Part shown: one piece after another, positions 1 through 9,028 of the stretch
Position numbering within the stretch: the stretch's first letter is position 1
How the letters are laid out: every line of letters starts with the position of its first letter
NCBI GenBank assembly: GCA_963817895.1
Contig: CAWFQB010000001.1
Span: 32,001-96,000 of the forward strand
Reading direction: 5' to 3'
Source of the DNA: an uncultured Chthonomonadaceae bacterium
Lineage (GTDB): Bacteria > Armatimonadota > Chthonomonadetes > Chthonomonadales > Chthonomonadaceae
Length of the DNA: 64,000 nt
Translations under genes and position numbers: made by a program
The notes under the pieces: generated by a model
Seen by the model: only the letters and a program-made list of their open reading frames with translations
The model's database searches: none
Told to the model about the DNA's origin: nothing

Positions 1-42
1 TGAATACCAAAGAATTTCTGTTTAATCACTGAAAGGGTTCCC

Positions 43-1383
43 ATGAACAACAAAGAACTGCGTCAGTTTGGTTCGTATCTCGACAGCACCTGCGATGGCG
101 TGACGCGCCGGGACATGCTCAAAATCGGCGCGGTGGGCTTCCTGGGCCTCACCCTGCCGGAGTTCCTCGCGCTCAAGGCCGATGCCGCTGAAGCCGCGCC
201 CAAAGCGGCGGGGGGCAAGCAGGCCAAAGAGGTGTCGGTCATTATGCTGTGGATGGGCGGCGGCCCGAGCCACATTGACACGTTCGACCCCAAGCCCAAA
301 GCCGATGTGAAAATCAAAGGCCCGTTTGAAGCGGTGGAAACCAACGTGTCGGGCGTCTTCATCGGAGAGCATTTGCCCCGACTGGCGCGGCAGATGGACA
401 AAATGGCGATTTTGCGCAGCGTGTCGCACGGCGACGGGGCGCATGAGCGGGCGGAACACTATATGCAGACGGGCTATTTGCCCCTGCCCACGCTGGAATA
501 TCCCTCCTATGGAAGCGTGATTTCGCGCGAAAAAGGTATTCAGAACAACCTTCCCGCGTATGTCGGGCTGCTTGGCGGCGCGAACGGACAGGGCGCGGGC
601 TTCCTGGGCGGCTCCTATAATGCGTTTTACGCGGGCAACCCCGGCGATCCGAATTACCAGGTGGGCGACATTCAACTGCCAGCGGGCGTTTCGGTGGCGC
701 GGTTGGATCGTCGTCGTCGTCTGCTCGGAGCGATTGATACCCTGAAGAATTCCAAAAGCGACGCGGTCAAGAGCATGGACACATTTACGGATCGCGCGTA
801 TGGCATGGTCACGAGCAAGGCCGCGCACGAGGCGTTTGAATTGAGCAAGGAAGACGCGAAACTGCGCGACGAGTACGGGCGCAACGGCTTCGGGCAATCG
901 TGCCTGCTGGCGCGGCGGCTGGTGGAATCGGGCGTCCGCTTCGTGAATGTCACGCTGGGCGGATGGGACATGCACACGAACGTATTCCCCGCGCTGCAAA
1001 ACGGGATGCTGCCCTCGCTGGATCAGGGTTTTGCGACCCTGCTACGCGACCTGCACGACCGGGGTATGCTGGACACCACGCTTGTCGTATGGATGGGCGA
1101 GTTCGGGCGGACGCCGGAACTGAACATGAATCAGGGCCGCGACCACTGGCCGAACGCGATGTCGGTAGTCATGGCGGGTGGCGGCGTCAAGGGCGGGCAG
1201 GTTGTCGGCAGCACGGACGAGCGCGGCACGGGACCGGCCTCGCGCCTCATTCACGTCGAGGACATTGCCGCCAGCCTGTACCATTCCGTCGGACTGGACC
1301 CCAACAAGGAATACGTCACCCCGACGGGACGCCCCATCAAACTCGCCAACGACGGCAGCGTGATCCGCGAACTCTTCGGCTAA
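43..1383 (+). CDS. DUF1501 domain-containing protein (Tat-type signal)
   Basis: TRRDMLKIG twin-Arg leader; GGPSHIDTFDPKP, GWDMH and GEFGRTP...GRDHW motifs. Confidence 0.9.
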   Translation: MNNKELRQFGSYLDSTCDGVTRRDMLKIGAVGFLGLTLPEFLALKADAAEAAPKAAGGKQAKEVSVIMLWMGGGPSHIDTFDPKPKADVKIKGPFEAVETNVSGVFIGEHLPRLARQMDKMAILRSVSHGDGAHERAEHYMQTGYLPLPTLEYPSYGSVISREKGIQNNLPAYVGLLGGANGQGAGFLGGSYNAFYAGNPGDPNYQVGDIQLPAGVSVARLDRRRRLLGAIDTLKNSKSDAVKSMDTFTDRAYGMVTSKAAHEAFELSKEDAKLRDEYGRNGFGQSCLLARRLVESGVRFVNVTLGGWDMHTNVFPALQNGMLPSLDQGFATLLRDLHDRGMLDTTLVVWMGEFGRTPELNMNQGRDHWPNAMSVVMAGGGVKGGQVVGSTDERGTGPASRLIHVEDIAASLYHSVGLDPNKEYVTPTGRPIKLANDGSVIRELFG

Positions 1384-1413
1384 ACTCGTTACCTCTATCC
1401 TGTAAAGTAAAAA

Positions 1414-1448
1414 CAGCAAGCCTCCCGCGCTACGTGGGAGGCTTGCTG
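1414..1448. terminator. Bidirectional hairpin terminator between convergent genes
   Basis: CAGCAAGCCTCCC / GGGAGGCTTGCTG 13-bp stem. Confidence 0.75.
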
Positions 1449-1474
1449 AACTTTCGGTTCAACTTTTCAAAAGA

Positions 1475-1816
1475 TTAGATTTTACCTGTGGCGCGATAGC
1501 CGACTCGAAGCATATAGAGCATAGCATCAGGACGGCGCGAGAGTATCTGGTTGTAGGCTTGCTGTGAGGTATCGCCTATAGCCTGTTCACCTGTTTCCAC
1601 GTCAATAGACAGGAACTTGCCATAATGATTGGCTTCCGCTTCAGTTCGCAATGGGGCATACAACGCTTCGCCACGCTGTCCGATTTCTTCAGGAGAAATA
1701 CGCGGCGGAACGTAATCCGCTGATGGCAGGTTTGATAACCCCGCTTTAGCCGGTTTGGGAATATTGAAGGTTTGGTTCGCGTACTGCTCAGTAGAAGAGA
1801 TAATTGTGTCTGCCAT
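1475..1816 (-). CDS. Small conserved hypothetical protein
   Basis: GEALY...GKFLSIDVETGE...LRVGY pattern; paralog at 59003-59269. Confidence 0.7.
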   Translation of the reverse strand: MADTIISSTEQYANQTFNIPKPAKAGLSNLPSADYVPPRISPEEIGQRGEALYAPLRTEAEANHYGKFLSIDVETGEQAIGDTSQQAYNQILSRRPDAMLYMLRVGYRATGKI

Positions 1817-1887
1817 ATTCTACAGCCCTGCATAGAAAGTATAAATCATAATAACCCTATGGTCAAGCGGCGGAAAGAGAAACGAAG

Positions 1888-3153
1888 TTGCTGAGTGTAG
1901 AACAGGCATTGGCGCAGATTTTGGAAGCGGTTCCTGTGCTGAATGTGGAAGCCGTGCCGCTGCTGGACAGTCTGGGCCGGACATTGGCGGAGGATGTTTT
2001 TGCGGATATTGCGCAGCCGCCGTTTGACAATTCCGCTGTGGATGGGTACGCGGTTCGCAGCGAGGATGTGGAAACCGCCGGAGTAGAAAGCCCGGTCGTG
2101 CTGACGTGTATCGCGGACATTCCCGCGGGCGCGTGGCCGAAAATCGTTGTGGAACCGGGGCAGTGCGCGCGAATTATGACGGGCGCTCCCCTGCCGCTCG
2201 GAGCCGACAGCGTGATCATGGTGGAAGATACGGCAAGGGCTGTGGGAGGTGAGGGCGAGCATATTGCCATGCGTTCCTCATTGCAGGCGGGTGAGCATGT
2301 ACGGTATGCGGGCGAGGATGTAAAAACCGGCGAACGGGTACTGGCAGGGGGAACATCTATTCATGCGGCGCAGATTGGACTGCTGGCGGCAATGGGGAAG
2401 CGGCAGGTTCCAACCGTTCGCCTGCCCCGTGTTGCCGTGATTTCTACCGGGGATGAGGTTGTGGAACTGGCGGAAGGCATGATTCCCGAACCCGGCAAAA
2501 TTCGCAACAGCAACAGCTACGCGCTGGCCGCGCTGGTGCGCGAAAGCGGGGCGGAACTCCATTCCCGACTGCACATACCGGACGATCTGGAGGCTACGCT
2601 TGCCGCGCTGCGACAATGCGCGAAATGGGAGGAAAACGAAGCAGGCGAAAACGCGCATGGGGGCGCGGATGTGATTGTTACCGCCGGTGGGGTTTCGGTT
2701 GGTGACCGGGATTTTGTCAAGCCCGCGCTGGAAACGTTGGGAACGCTCGACCTGTGGCGGGTGGCGATGAAACCGGGCAAGCCGCTTGCCTTCGGGCGCA
2801 TCGGACGAACGCTGTTTTTTGGACTGCCCGGCAACCCGGTGTCGGCGCAGGTGACGTTTGAGCTGTTCGTCCGGCCCTGCCTGCTTAAAATGGCCGGACG
2901 CCCCAACGCGGAGTGGCAGCGTCCGCAGGTCGAGGCGGAACTGACCGAAGCGATTACGCACACGCCCGGAAGACGGGAGTACCTGCGCGGTCATACCTTC
3001 TGGCAAAACGGGCGCTTTGTGGCGCAGCCACTTGGTGGGCAGAGTTCGGCCAATCTGCAATCTCTATCCCGCGCCAATTCGCTGCTGATTGTGCCGGAGC
3101 AGGCAACGGAGATGCGCGCCGGGCAGCAAATTTCCGTCCTGCTGCTGAGTTGA
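1888..3153 (+). CDS. moeA: Molybdopterin molybdotransferase (gephyrin-like)
   Basis: PPFDNSAVDGYA, IMTGAPLP, STGDE, GGVSVG, MKPGKP and GLPGNPVS motifs. Confidence 0.95.
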   Translation: MLSVEQALAQILEAVPVLNVEAVPLLDSLGRTLAEDVFADIAQPPFDNSAVDGYAVRSEDVETAGVESPVVLTCIADIPAGAWPKIVVEPGQCARIMTGAPLPLGADSVIMVEDTARAVGGEGEHIAMRSSLQAGEHVRYAGEDVKTGERVLAGGTSIHAAQIGLLAAMGKRQVPTVRLPRVAVISTGDEVVELAEGMIPEPGKIRNSNSYALAALVRESGAELHSRLHIPDDLEATLAALRQCAKWEENEAGENAHGGADVIVTAGGVSVGDRDFVKPALETLGTLDLWRVAMKPGKPLAFGRIGRTLFFGLPGNPVSAQVTFELFVRPCLLKMAGRPNAEWQRPQVEAELTEAITHTPGRREYLRGHTFWQNGRFVAQPLGGQSSANLQSLSRANSLLIVPEQATEMRAGQQISVLLLS

Positions 3154-3330
3154 GTTCCAAAATGACAACAGCCCCGGCACATCGCGTCGTTGCGAAGGCG
3201 GAGGCTGAATGGCTGATGCGCGGAGTTGGTTTTGAAGCCATATCCAACGACAGCAGAGCTATTAAATTAGGGCAATCCGAAAAGCGTCGCGGCTGGCTGC
3301 GGCTGTTTCTGTAGACAAAGCACAGAAATG

Positions 3331-3546
3331 TTACGCCTGCAGCGCATGTTGGCGCGTCATTTGCGCCCAGGTATAATTGATACGCATGTAGCAGGCAACG
3401 CGCCCGTCCAGGCTGCCGGGAAGAATGTCTTCCGACTCCAGGCAAATTTCACGAACGCTGCCAATCTGACGATACACGCCGGGCAGCACCTTTTCCCCGG
3501 CAAGATACACCTCTTCCGCATTTTCATCTACAGTTTGATACAACAT
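3331..3546 (-). CDS. Small hypothetical protein (71 aa)
   Basis: ORF with upstream purine-rich SD-like tract and protein-like composition; no family recognised. Confidence 0.55.
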   Translation of the reverse strand: MLYQTVDENAEEVYLAGEKVLPGVYRQIGSVREICLESEDILPGSLDGRVACYMRINYTWAQMTRQHALQA

Positions 3547-3798
3547 CTCTTCTTCTCCTCATGCGAATCAGGCGCTCAATTCGCTCTTCTTCCAACGTCG
3601 CGCCTGTAAAGATTACTACGCTGCTATTATAGCTCGTGTGGCAACATCATGTCAATAATGCGACAGAATATTTTTATAGCGAACTGTCGCAAATAACGCT
3701 GTAGTTCCCATGCGAAGCGCAAAATATGTCGAAAGTAATACGCGCATGAGCCAGTACTATTATCAGTAAAATGGCGGGAAATCTTCAGGCTGAAGTTT

Positions 3799-6468
3799 TC
3801 AACGCGATAATTCGATCCACAGCGTGGGAGGGGAGCCGATTTGGAGGCGGGTTTGCGCGTCGGAAATGGCGAGAGGGAGGAGTTGCAGGCGCTTGCCGTG
3901 TTCGTCAAGAGCATAGGCTTTCCAGCCGGAACCCGCGTTCAGGGAAAAGACGCCCTGAACCGGCTCCACGCGAATGGGCGACCTGCCCGGATGGGTCACG
4001 CTGGTACGGCCCGAATTCATAATCATGCCCGTGTTTTCCGCGCGGGCGGCTGCCGTCAGCAGCAGATGCCGCGAGTCGGCAATCGGCTGTCCGTCCAGGC
4101 TGGAAAGCAGAAGGGAGGAAAATTCGGTTGTGGGCGCAAAGGTGACGGGGCCAAGTATGACCGTCTGCCCGCCCGTGAAGCCGACAAGCGCGACGGAGCG
4201 GGGCGTATTTACCGTCAAAACGCCGTTCTGCGCGTCCCACTGCGACTGTTCGGTTTTCCATACGGCGGAAAGGGGAGGAAACGGAAGCGCAGAGGCAGGC
4301 TGCGAACGGGCCGCGCCCATTCGGGTTTGCAGCCGATGCGTGAACGCGGCATCCAGAGAAAAGCCGTCGTTGAGGGTTCGCCCCGCGAACAGATCGGGGT
4401 CGCTTGCGCTTGCGGTGAGAACATCGGGCAGGGGCGTAATGTCGCGGCGATAAAACATCAGAGCGCAGGCGGGCCACTGGCTGAATACGTGCGGTTTGTT
4501 GCCCAGGTCGAACTCGTTGTCAATTGTATCCGCCCAATCCGCGCCCGTAAAATCGAACCAGATCATCACGTCCCAATCCTGCTGACACGCGGCCAGAGTA
4601 CCGATCATCGGACCTTCCGCGATGTGGTCGTTGGGCCAGCAGAAGCACCATTCCGTGACCACAAATGGCTTGCCCGCAACCCGCGTTTGTGACAGAAGCG
4701 GCACAAGTCCGTTGTCAAGGGGATTGGTGAGCATGGGCGTGTTGTCAAATTTCTGGAAATAGCCGAAACCGCCTTCGGGATGGTCCCAGTAAAAGTGGCG
4801 GTCTATATAATCAGTGCGGGCATCGGCGCGAAGAGCGACGCCCAGATCTTCCCAGTGGTTGCTGCCGGTCGTGGCGCAGCGGACGCCAATTTTGCGCAGG
4901 TACGCTCGCATTTCGTCATAATAACCACATTCCAGAACGTACAGGGCGTGTTTGGTCGGGGCGTCGAACGGCTCGCGTTTGGGGTCGGCGCGAGGGTCTA
5001 TGTGGCGGCACAAGGCTTGCAGGTCACGCATATACGCGGGCGGAACGCGATAATACCAGTCCTCATACAGCAGCGAATCCTCGTTAATGACCTCCATCAG
5101 CGCGAGCGCGGGATCGTCCAGCCAGCGCGAGTGGGCATAGGGGTTGACATGCGTGAGCAGTTGCCGGATGTACTTTTTATGCAGCAGTTTGATGCGCGGG
5201 TCGAAGTGCGCGACGATTTTCAGCCCGTCCTCGATTGCCATGCCATCCCGTACCCGGTCGCCCGCTTTGAAATGCCGGTTCGTCAGCAAATCCAGATACA
5301 CGTAAATGCCCCTTTTGCGCAGTTGCGCGACGAAGTAATCCAGTTTATCCAGACTGCGCGTATCCAACTGCTGCGTATCGTGACGGCGCGGATTGAACAC
5401 GTTGGGATCGCTCCAGGGCGCGTCAATGTGGTGCAGGCGAACGATATTGACGCCATTCCGCGCCAGCCGGGCGGCAATGCGGGGCGCGTCCGCATGAGAG
5501 GGAAAGCAGGCGTCCGCCATCATGTCCACGCCCCAGAACCGCGCCCGCGCGCCATCCGCAAAAATCAGGTGTCCATCCGCCCCTGTCCGCGTAAACCCGT
5601 GCCTGCCCGCCGGCGCATCCAATAAGAAAGAAACATCTGTTGCAGGAGAGGAATAGACAGGATTAACAGGATTTTCAGGATTAACAGGATTATTTCGAGT
5701 GAGCGCAGGCAGGCTTTCAATCTTCTGTCTCCTGTCTCCTGTCTTCTCTTCTCCTTTTCTCCTCTTCTCCTTTTCTCCTTTTCTTCCCTCGCTTCCCCAC
5801 TGATACCACCCCCGGGTGTCCGTTCGCGAGTCGGGCGGCGTGTGGTAGGTTTGGTCACCCCGCGTCACCTGCAAATGCGCGTTGGCGAACCAGGCGGTTC
5901 CCTGACAGCCGTTCAAGCCGAGCGTGATCTGGATGCGGCGCGTGTTGGGCGGAACCGGAAACGCACGTTCATAGTTTCGCCAATCCCGCGTACCTGTCCA
6001 CGTTCCGAGATCAACGGACTCGTTCAGCAGGCTGCCATGCGCGTCGAAAAAGTACAGCGCGGCGCGACAGGCGTTTTCCGGCCCCCGCCCGCCCCGAACA
6101 CTCTTCCATGCGGCCTCGATTCCGAACCTAATTTGCTGTATCCGCCTGCCGTCCAAAGGTAAATATTGCGACGCGAACGCATCCTGCGGAAAGGCGAGAA
6201 ACGTTTGCAGGCAATGGGGATGCCGCGCATCCACGCGCCGATGAGAAATGCCCTCGTGCGCCCCCCATTCGGCGGGAGCGGCTTGAAACAATTTCTTGAA
6301 GTCGCCATTCAGGATCAGATTGGGGGCAGAAGTATCAGAAGTGGAAGTGGTCTTCACGGTTTGAGGGAAGCCAAAAGCAAAGCAGAGAAACAGCAGAAGA
6401 TTGAAAATGGGCATAAGGCATTGTGCAGCGTATTCCACGCTCCTCCGCCAATCATAATACCCGAACAC
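3799..6468 (-). CDS. Secreted glycoside hydrolase (GH-A clan, GH5/GH42-like) with N-terminal CBM-like domain
   Basis: NLILNGDF CBM-like start; GVNIVRLHH, EVINEDS (acid/base) and FVVTEW (nucleophile); true start probably ~6412 (MPIFNLLL signal peptide). Confidence 0.75.
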   Translation of the reverse strand: MFGYYDWRRSVEYAAQCLMPIFNLLLFLCFAFGFPQTVKTTSTSDTSAPNLILNGDFKKLFQAAPAEWGAHEGISHRRVDARHPHCLQTFLAFPQDAFASQYLPLDGRRIQQIRFGIEAAWKSVRGGRGPENACRAALYFFDAHGSLLNESVDLGTWTGTRDWRNYERAFPVPPNTRRIQITLGLNGCQGTAWFANAHLQVTRGDQTYHTPPDSRTDTRGWYQWGSEGRKGEKEKRRKGEEKTGDRRQKIESLPALTRNNPVNPENPVNPVYSSPATDVSFLLDAPAGRHGFTRTGADGHLIFADGARARFWGVDMMADACFPSHADAPRIAARLARNGVNIVRLHHIDAPWSDPNVFNPRRHDTQQLDTRSLDKLDYFVAQLRKRGIYVYLDLLTNRHFKAGDRVRDGMAIEDGLKIVAHFDPRIKLLHKKYIRQLLTHVNPYAHSRWLDDPALALMEVINEDSLLYEDWYYRVPPAYMRDLQALCRHIDPRADPKREPFDAPTKHALYVLECGYYDEMRAYLRKIGVRCATTGSNHWEDLGVALRADARTDYIDRHFYWDHPEGGFGYFQKFDNTPMLTNPLDNGLVPLLSQTRVAGKPFVVTEWCFCWPNDHIAEGPMIGTLAACQQDWDVMIWFDFTGADWADTIDNEFDLGNKPHVFSQWPACALMFYRRDITPLPDVLTASASDPDLFAGRTLNDGFSLDAAFTHRLQTRMGAARSQPASALPFPPLSAVWKTEQSQWDAQNGVLTVNTPRSVALVGFTGGQTVILGPVTFAPTTEFSSLLLSSLDGQPIADSRHLLLTAAARAENTGMIMNSGRTSVTHPGRSPIRVEPVQGVFSLNAGSGWKAYALDEHGKRLQLLPLAISDAQTRLQIGSPPTLWIELSR
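5656..5790. repeat. 9-mer array (GACAGGATT/AACAGGATT x4) plus 7/8-mer arrays, in frame in the GH gene
   Basis: Encodes GEKEKRRKGEEKTGDRRQK...NPVNPENPVNPV; the 36-mer is identical to 11821-11856. Confidence 0.85.
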
Positions 6469-6481
6469 CTTAATTAGAAAA

Positions 6482-6548
6482 GCCCCTCTCCCAAGCTTTT
6501 TGGGAGAGGAGTGTCCTTCCCTGCGGGTGGACGCCCGGGGTGAGGGCC
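6482..6548. repeat. REP-like palindrome (CCTCTCCCAA..TTGGGAGAGG..GGGGTGAGGG type)
   Basis: Hairpin plus GGGGTGAGGGC tail; related copy at 9676-9722 in the opposite orientation. Confidence 0.65.
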
Positions 6549-6554
6549 TGAATC

Positions 6555-6589
6555 AAAAAACTCCTCCCTGCGTTTCCGCAGGGAGGAGT
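6555..6589 (-). terminator. Rho-independent terminator of the PEP-CTERM gene
   Basis: ACTCCTCCCTGCG / CGCAGGGAGGAGT stem followed by a T run on the minus strand. Confidence 0.85.
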
Positions 6590-6663
6590 GATTATTTTGC
6601 TTCCGTTGTCCGTTTGTCGTTGTCTTCTAAATTGAAGAGAGTAACAACAGGAACGTAGGATAC

Positions 6664-7359
6664 CTACTTGATGGCGCGGCGGCGGCGCAGCACGAACGCG
6701 CTGCCGCTGACGCCCATGCCGACAAGCATGGCAACCGCGCCGGGTTCCGGCGTATTGGTCGTCTGACCCTGTGCGCCCGAAATGTGGATGGTGAAGCCAC
6801 CCGCGGGGGTGTCGCCGGGGTTGCTTATGCCAGCGAATTTGGCCGATTGCTGATGAATGCTCTGGTCGTTGTCATTGATGGTGGTAAAACCCGAAGTGGT
6901 CAGAGTCAGGTTGTTCAAACCGACCGTGGTATTGACCGTCTGCGGCAGTTGCCCCGAGTTGATGCCGATAAAGGTGTTGTTGACCTGCGTGCCATTGACC
7001 GTCGTCTGCACCTCACCCATGATTGTATAAACACTCTGCGTTCCGGCGAAGACGCCCAACGGGAGTACGGTCAGGGTCGTAGTAAAGAACTGGTCAATGA
7101 TCACGTTGGGAGCGTTGGGATTCGCCGTGGCAACTATAGCCCCGATTGTGACGTCCGTGCCGGGGAAAATTGCGTTGTCATTGGTACCCACCTCCGGACC
7201 AACTGTCAACTGAACCGGGCCCGCGTTAAAAACGTTGGTGCCGGTGCTATTGAAGACGGTAGATGACGTATAGTTGAAAAGCACCTGCGCGTGGCTCATG
7301 CCGCCAATGCTCATCAGGCCCGCCGCGACTGCGGGAAGAAACAAATTACGTACTTTCAT
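6664..7359 (-). CDS. PEP-CTERM sorting domain-containing protein
   Basis: Signal peptide; C-terminal TPEPG + hydrophobic helix + RRRR. Confidence 0.92.
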   Translation of the reverse strand: MKVRNLFLPAVAAGLMSIGGMSHAQVLFNYTSSTVFNSTGTNVFNAGPVQLTVGPEVGTNDNAIFPGTDVTIGAIVATANPNAPNVIIDQFFTTTLTVLPLGVFAGTQSVYTIMGEVQTTVNGTQVNNTFIGINSGQLPQTVNTTVGLNNLTLTTSGFTTINDNDQSIHQQSAKFAGISNPGDTPAGGFTIHISGAQGQTTNTPEPGAVAMLVGMGVSGSAFVLRRRRAIK

Positions 7360-7765
7360 TCAAAAATCCTTTCGTCTCATGTCCAAAACTGCGAGTTACG
7401 CCCCGACTTCGAGAGCGGGCGCAATGCGGGAAATTACTGCTTGTAAACGGATTGCGCGCGATAGGGCTTTTCAAAGCCCGTGTGCCGACGAAGCGGCTAT
7501 GCGCAATCATCAATAATCCCTGTCGCTAATGCGGCGTGTCATCTACGGACAGGAAAATTGCAGCCCCCTTTTAACGTTGTCAGGTTCGTCAAATTGACGT
7601 TACAGACAACGATCAAAGAAACGGCAGCCGGGAAATAGAGGGCCGGTTTGTGACGCGCGAAACAATTTACTTGTTCCTTGACATCGCCTGCCTGCTCCAT
7701 TTACTACGAGAAAACACCTCAGTCGCGCAAACAGCCGGAATCTGAAACGCGCTTATTTAGTATAT

Positions 7766-7782
7766 TGCAAGATTCATGCCAA
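7766..7782 (-). promoter_or_regulatory. Sigma-54 (-24/-12) promoter
   Basis: Minus strand reads TTGGCATGAATCTTGCA, i.e. GG-N10-GC, near the consensus TGGCACGNNNNTTGCW; faces the PEP-CTERM gene. Confidence 0.7.
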
Positions 7783-8137
7783 ACTGCGATTTTTCGGGGA
7801 AAATAAGTCGAAAGTTCAACTTTTTTTGCGAAAGCGCTTCCAGCGGGAACATTGCTCTACTTTAACCCCGTAAACAGCAATCTGCTTGCCTTTTCAGTAT
7901 ACCCGCGATGCATATACCCCGCAACCGTATTATTAACAATATTATGAAAACCCGGTACTTTTATTTGTTGCAAAGGAATTTTTATGCGCAAAACCATTTT
8001 TTATTCCACGCCGAGCAGGAAGGATTATACCACAAAGCGCGAGTTAAACAGATCGGGCGGGAACTGTGTCGCCTGCTTCCTCGTGTCCCTGTTAGCGCTG
8101 CTTGTGGGGATGTTATTGAGGAGAGCAGGAGAAAACA

Positions 8138-8911
8138 ATGTTGTCCTCGTTGAGGAACAGGTTACTGGCGCTGGATACCCCGCCGCGCATAGACGCGGAC
8201 GAACTGATTGACGATGAGACGCAGCCATACGCGGATTTTCGGGCCAGCATGTCCGACGTGCGCCGCGCCAACCGGTATCTGGGCGGCACGGTCGTTGTGG
8301 CGCGACAGGCGCATATTTGGCTGGAGCGGGAACGGCAAACAACCGCAACTCGCATAGAACCTTTGCGCTTTCTGGATGTGGCGACCGGTTCGGGCGACAT
8401 TCCCCACGCGCTGACCGATATGGCCCGTCGCCTCGATGTGCCTGTTCAAATTGTCGCGCTGGATTACAGCCCGCCCATTTTGCGCTACGCCCGCGAACAG
8501 GTCGGTCATCTGGAACCGATTCGCCTGATACGCGGCGATGCGTTTCATCTGCCCTTTGCCGACGGCAGTTTCGATTACGCGCTGTGTTCCCTCGCCTTTC
8601 ACCACTGGGGACTGGAGCGCAGCGTGGACGCCCTGCGTGAAATGGAGCGCGTGTCCCGGCGCGGCTGGCTGGTCAACGACCTGCGCCGCGCCTGGTCTGC
8701 CTGGCATCTGATTCGTCTCGTCACGATGTTCGCGGGTGTGAACCGACTGACGCGCCACGACGCCCCGGCCTCCGTTCTGCGCGCCTATTCCCTCGCCGAA
8801 TACGAAGCCATGCCCCGCGCCCTGGGCCTGACGGTCGGGCGGGAGGCGCAATTAAAGCGCAGCCAGTTTTATCGCGTGGCGTTGGTGAGGGAGAAGATAG
8901 TGAATGGGTAG
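8138..8911 (+). CDS. SAM-dependent methyltransferase (type III PKS-associated subfamily)
   Basis: ELID...NRYLGG, LDVATGSGDIP, SLAFHH, NDLRR and TRHDAPASVLRAYS motifs. Confidence 0.85.
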   Translation: MLSSLRNRLLALDTPPRIDADELIDDETQPYADFRASMSDVRRANRYLGGTVVVARQAHIWLERERQTTATRIEPLRFLDVATGSGDIPHALTDMARRLDVPVQIVALDYSPPILRYAREQVGHLEPIRLIRGDAFHLPFADGSFDYALCSLAFHHWGLERSVDALREMERVSRRGWLVNDLRRAWSAWHLIRLVTMFAGVNRLTRHDAPASVLRAYSLAEYEAMPRALGLTVGREAQLKRSQFYRVALVREKIVNG

Positions 8912-9028
8912 ATAGGTAGATGAGTAGATGGTAGAACGGCGCGGCTTTCTTATGAACAATCAAAAATCGAAAATCGAAAATCGGCAATCCACGCCGGATT
9001 CATCATTCATCCTTCATCCTTCATCCTT
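8907..9028 (+). repeat. Three adjacent short tandem arrays (GTAGAT-type, AAAATCG, TTCATCC)
   Basis: Directly visible; they cover the gene junction and the 5' end of the next ORF (NQKSKIENRQS...SSFILHPSS). Confidence 0.8.

Noticed and set aside
22..999. Long antisense ORFs (here, 30102-31373, 33824-34831, 55257-57342 and others)
   Set aside because: They are shadows of well-supported genes on the opposite strand in GC-rich DNA and have no recognisable motifs.
1817..1887. Moco riboswitch upstream of moeA
   Set aside because: The intergenic region is only ~70 bp with no matching structure.
3162..3314. 50-codon ORF after moeA
   Set aside because: No SD or recognisable motif; it cannot be supported.
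7360..7760. Cyclic di-GMP riboswitch in the PEP-CTERM leader
   Set aside because: Only a short CGGCTGCCG resemblance; the GGCAAA/GAAA/GCAAA core could not be found.
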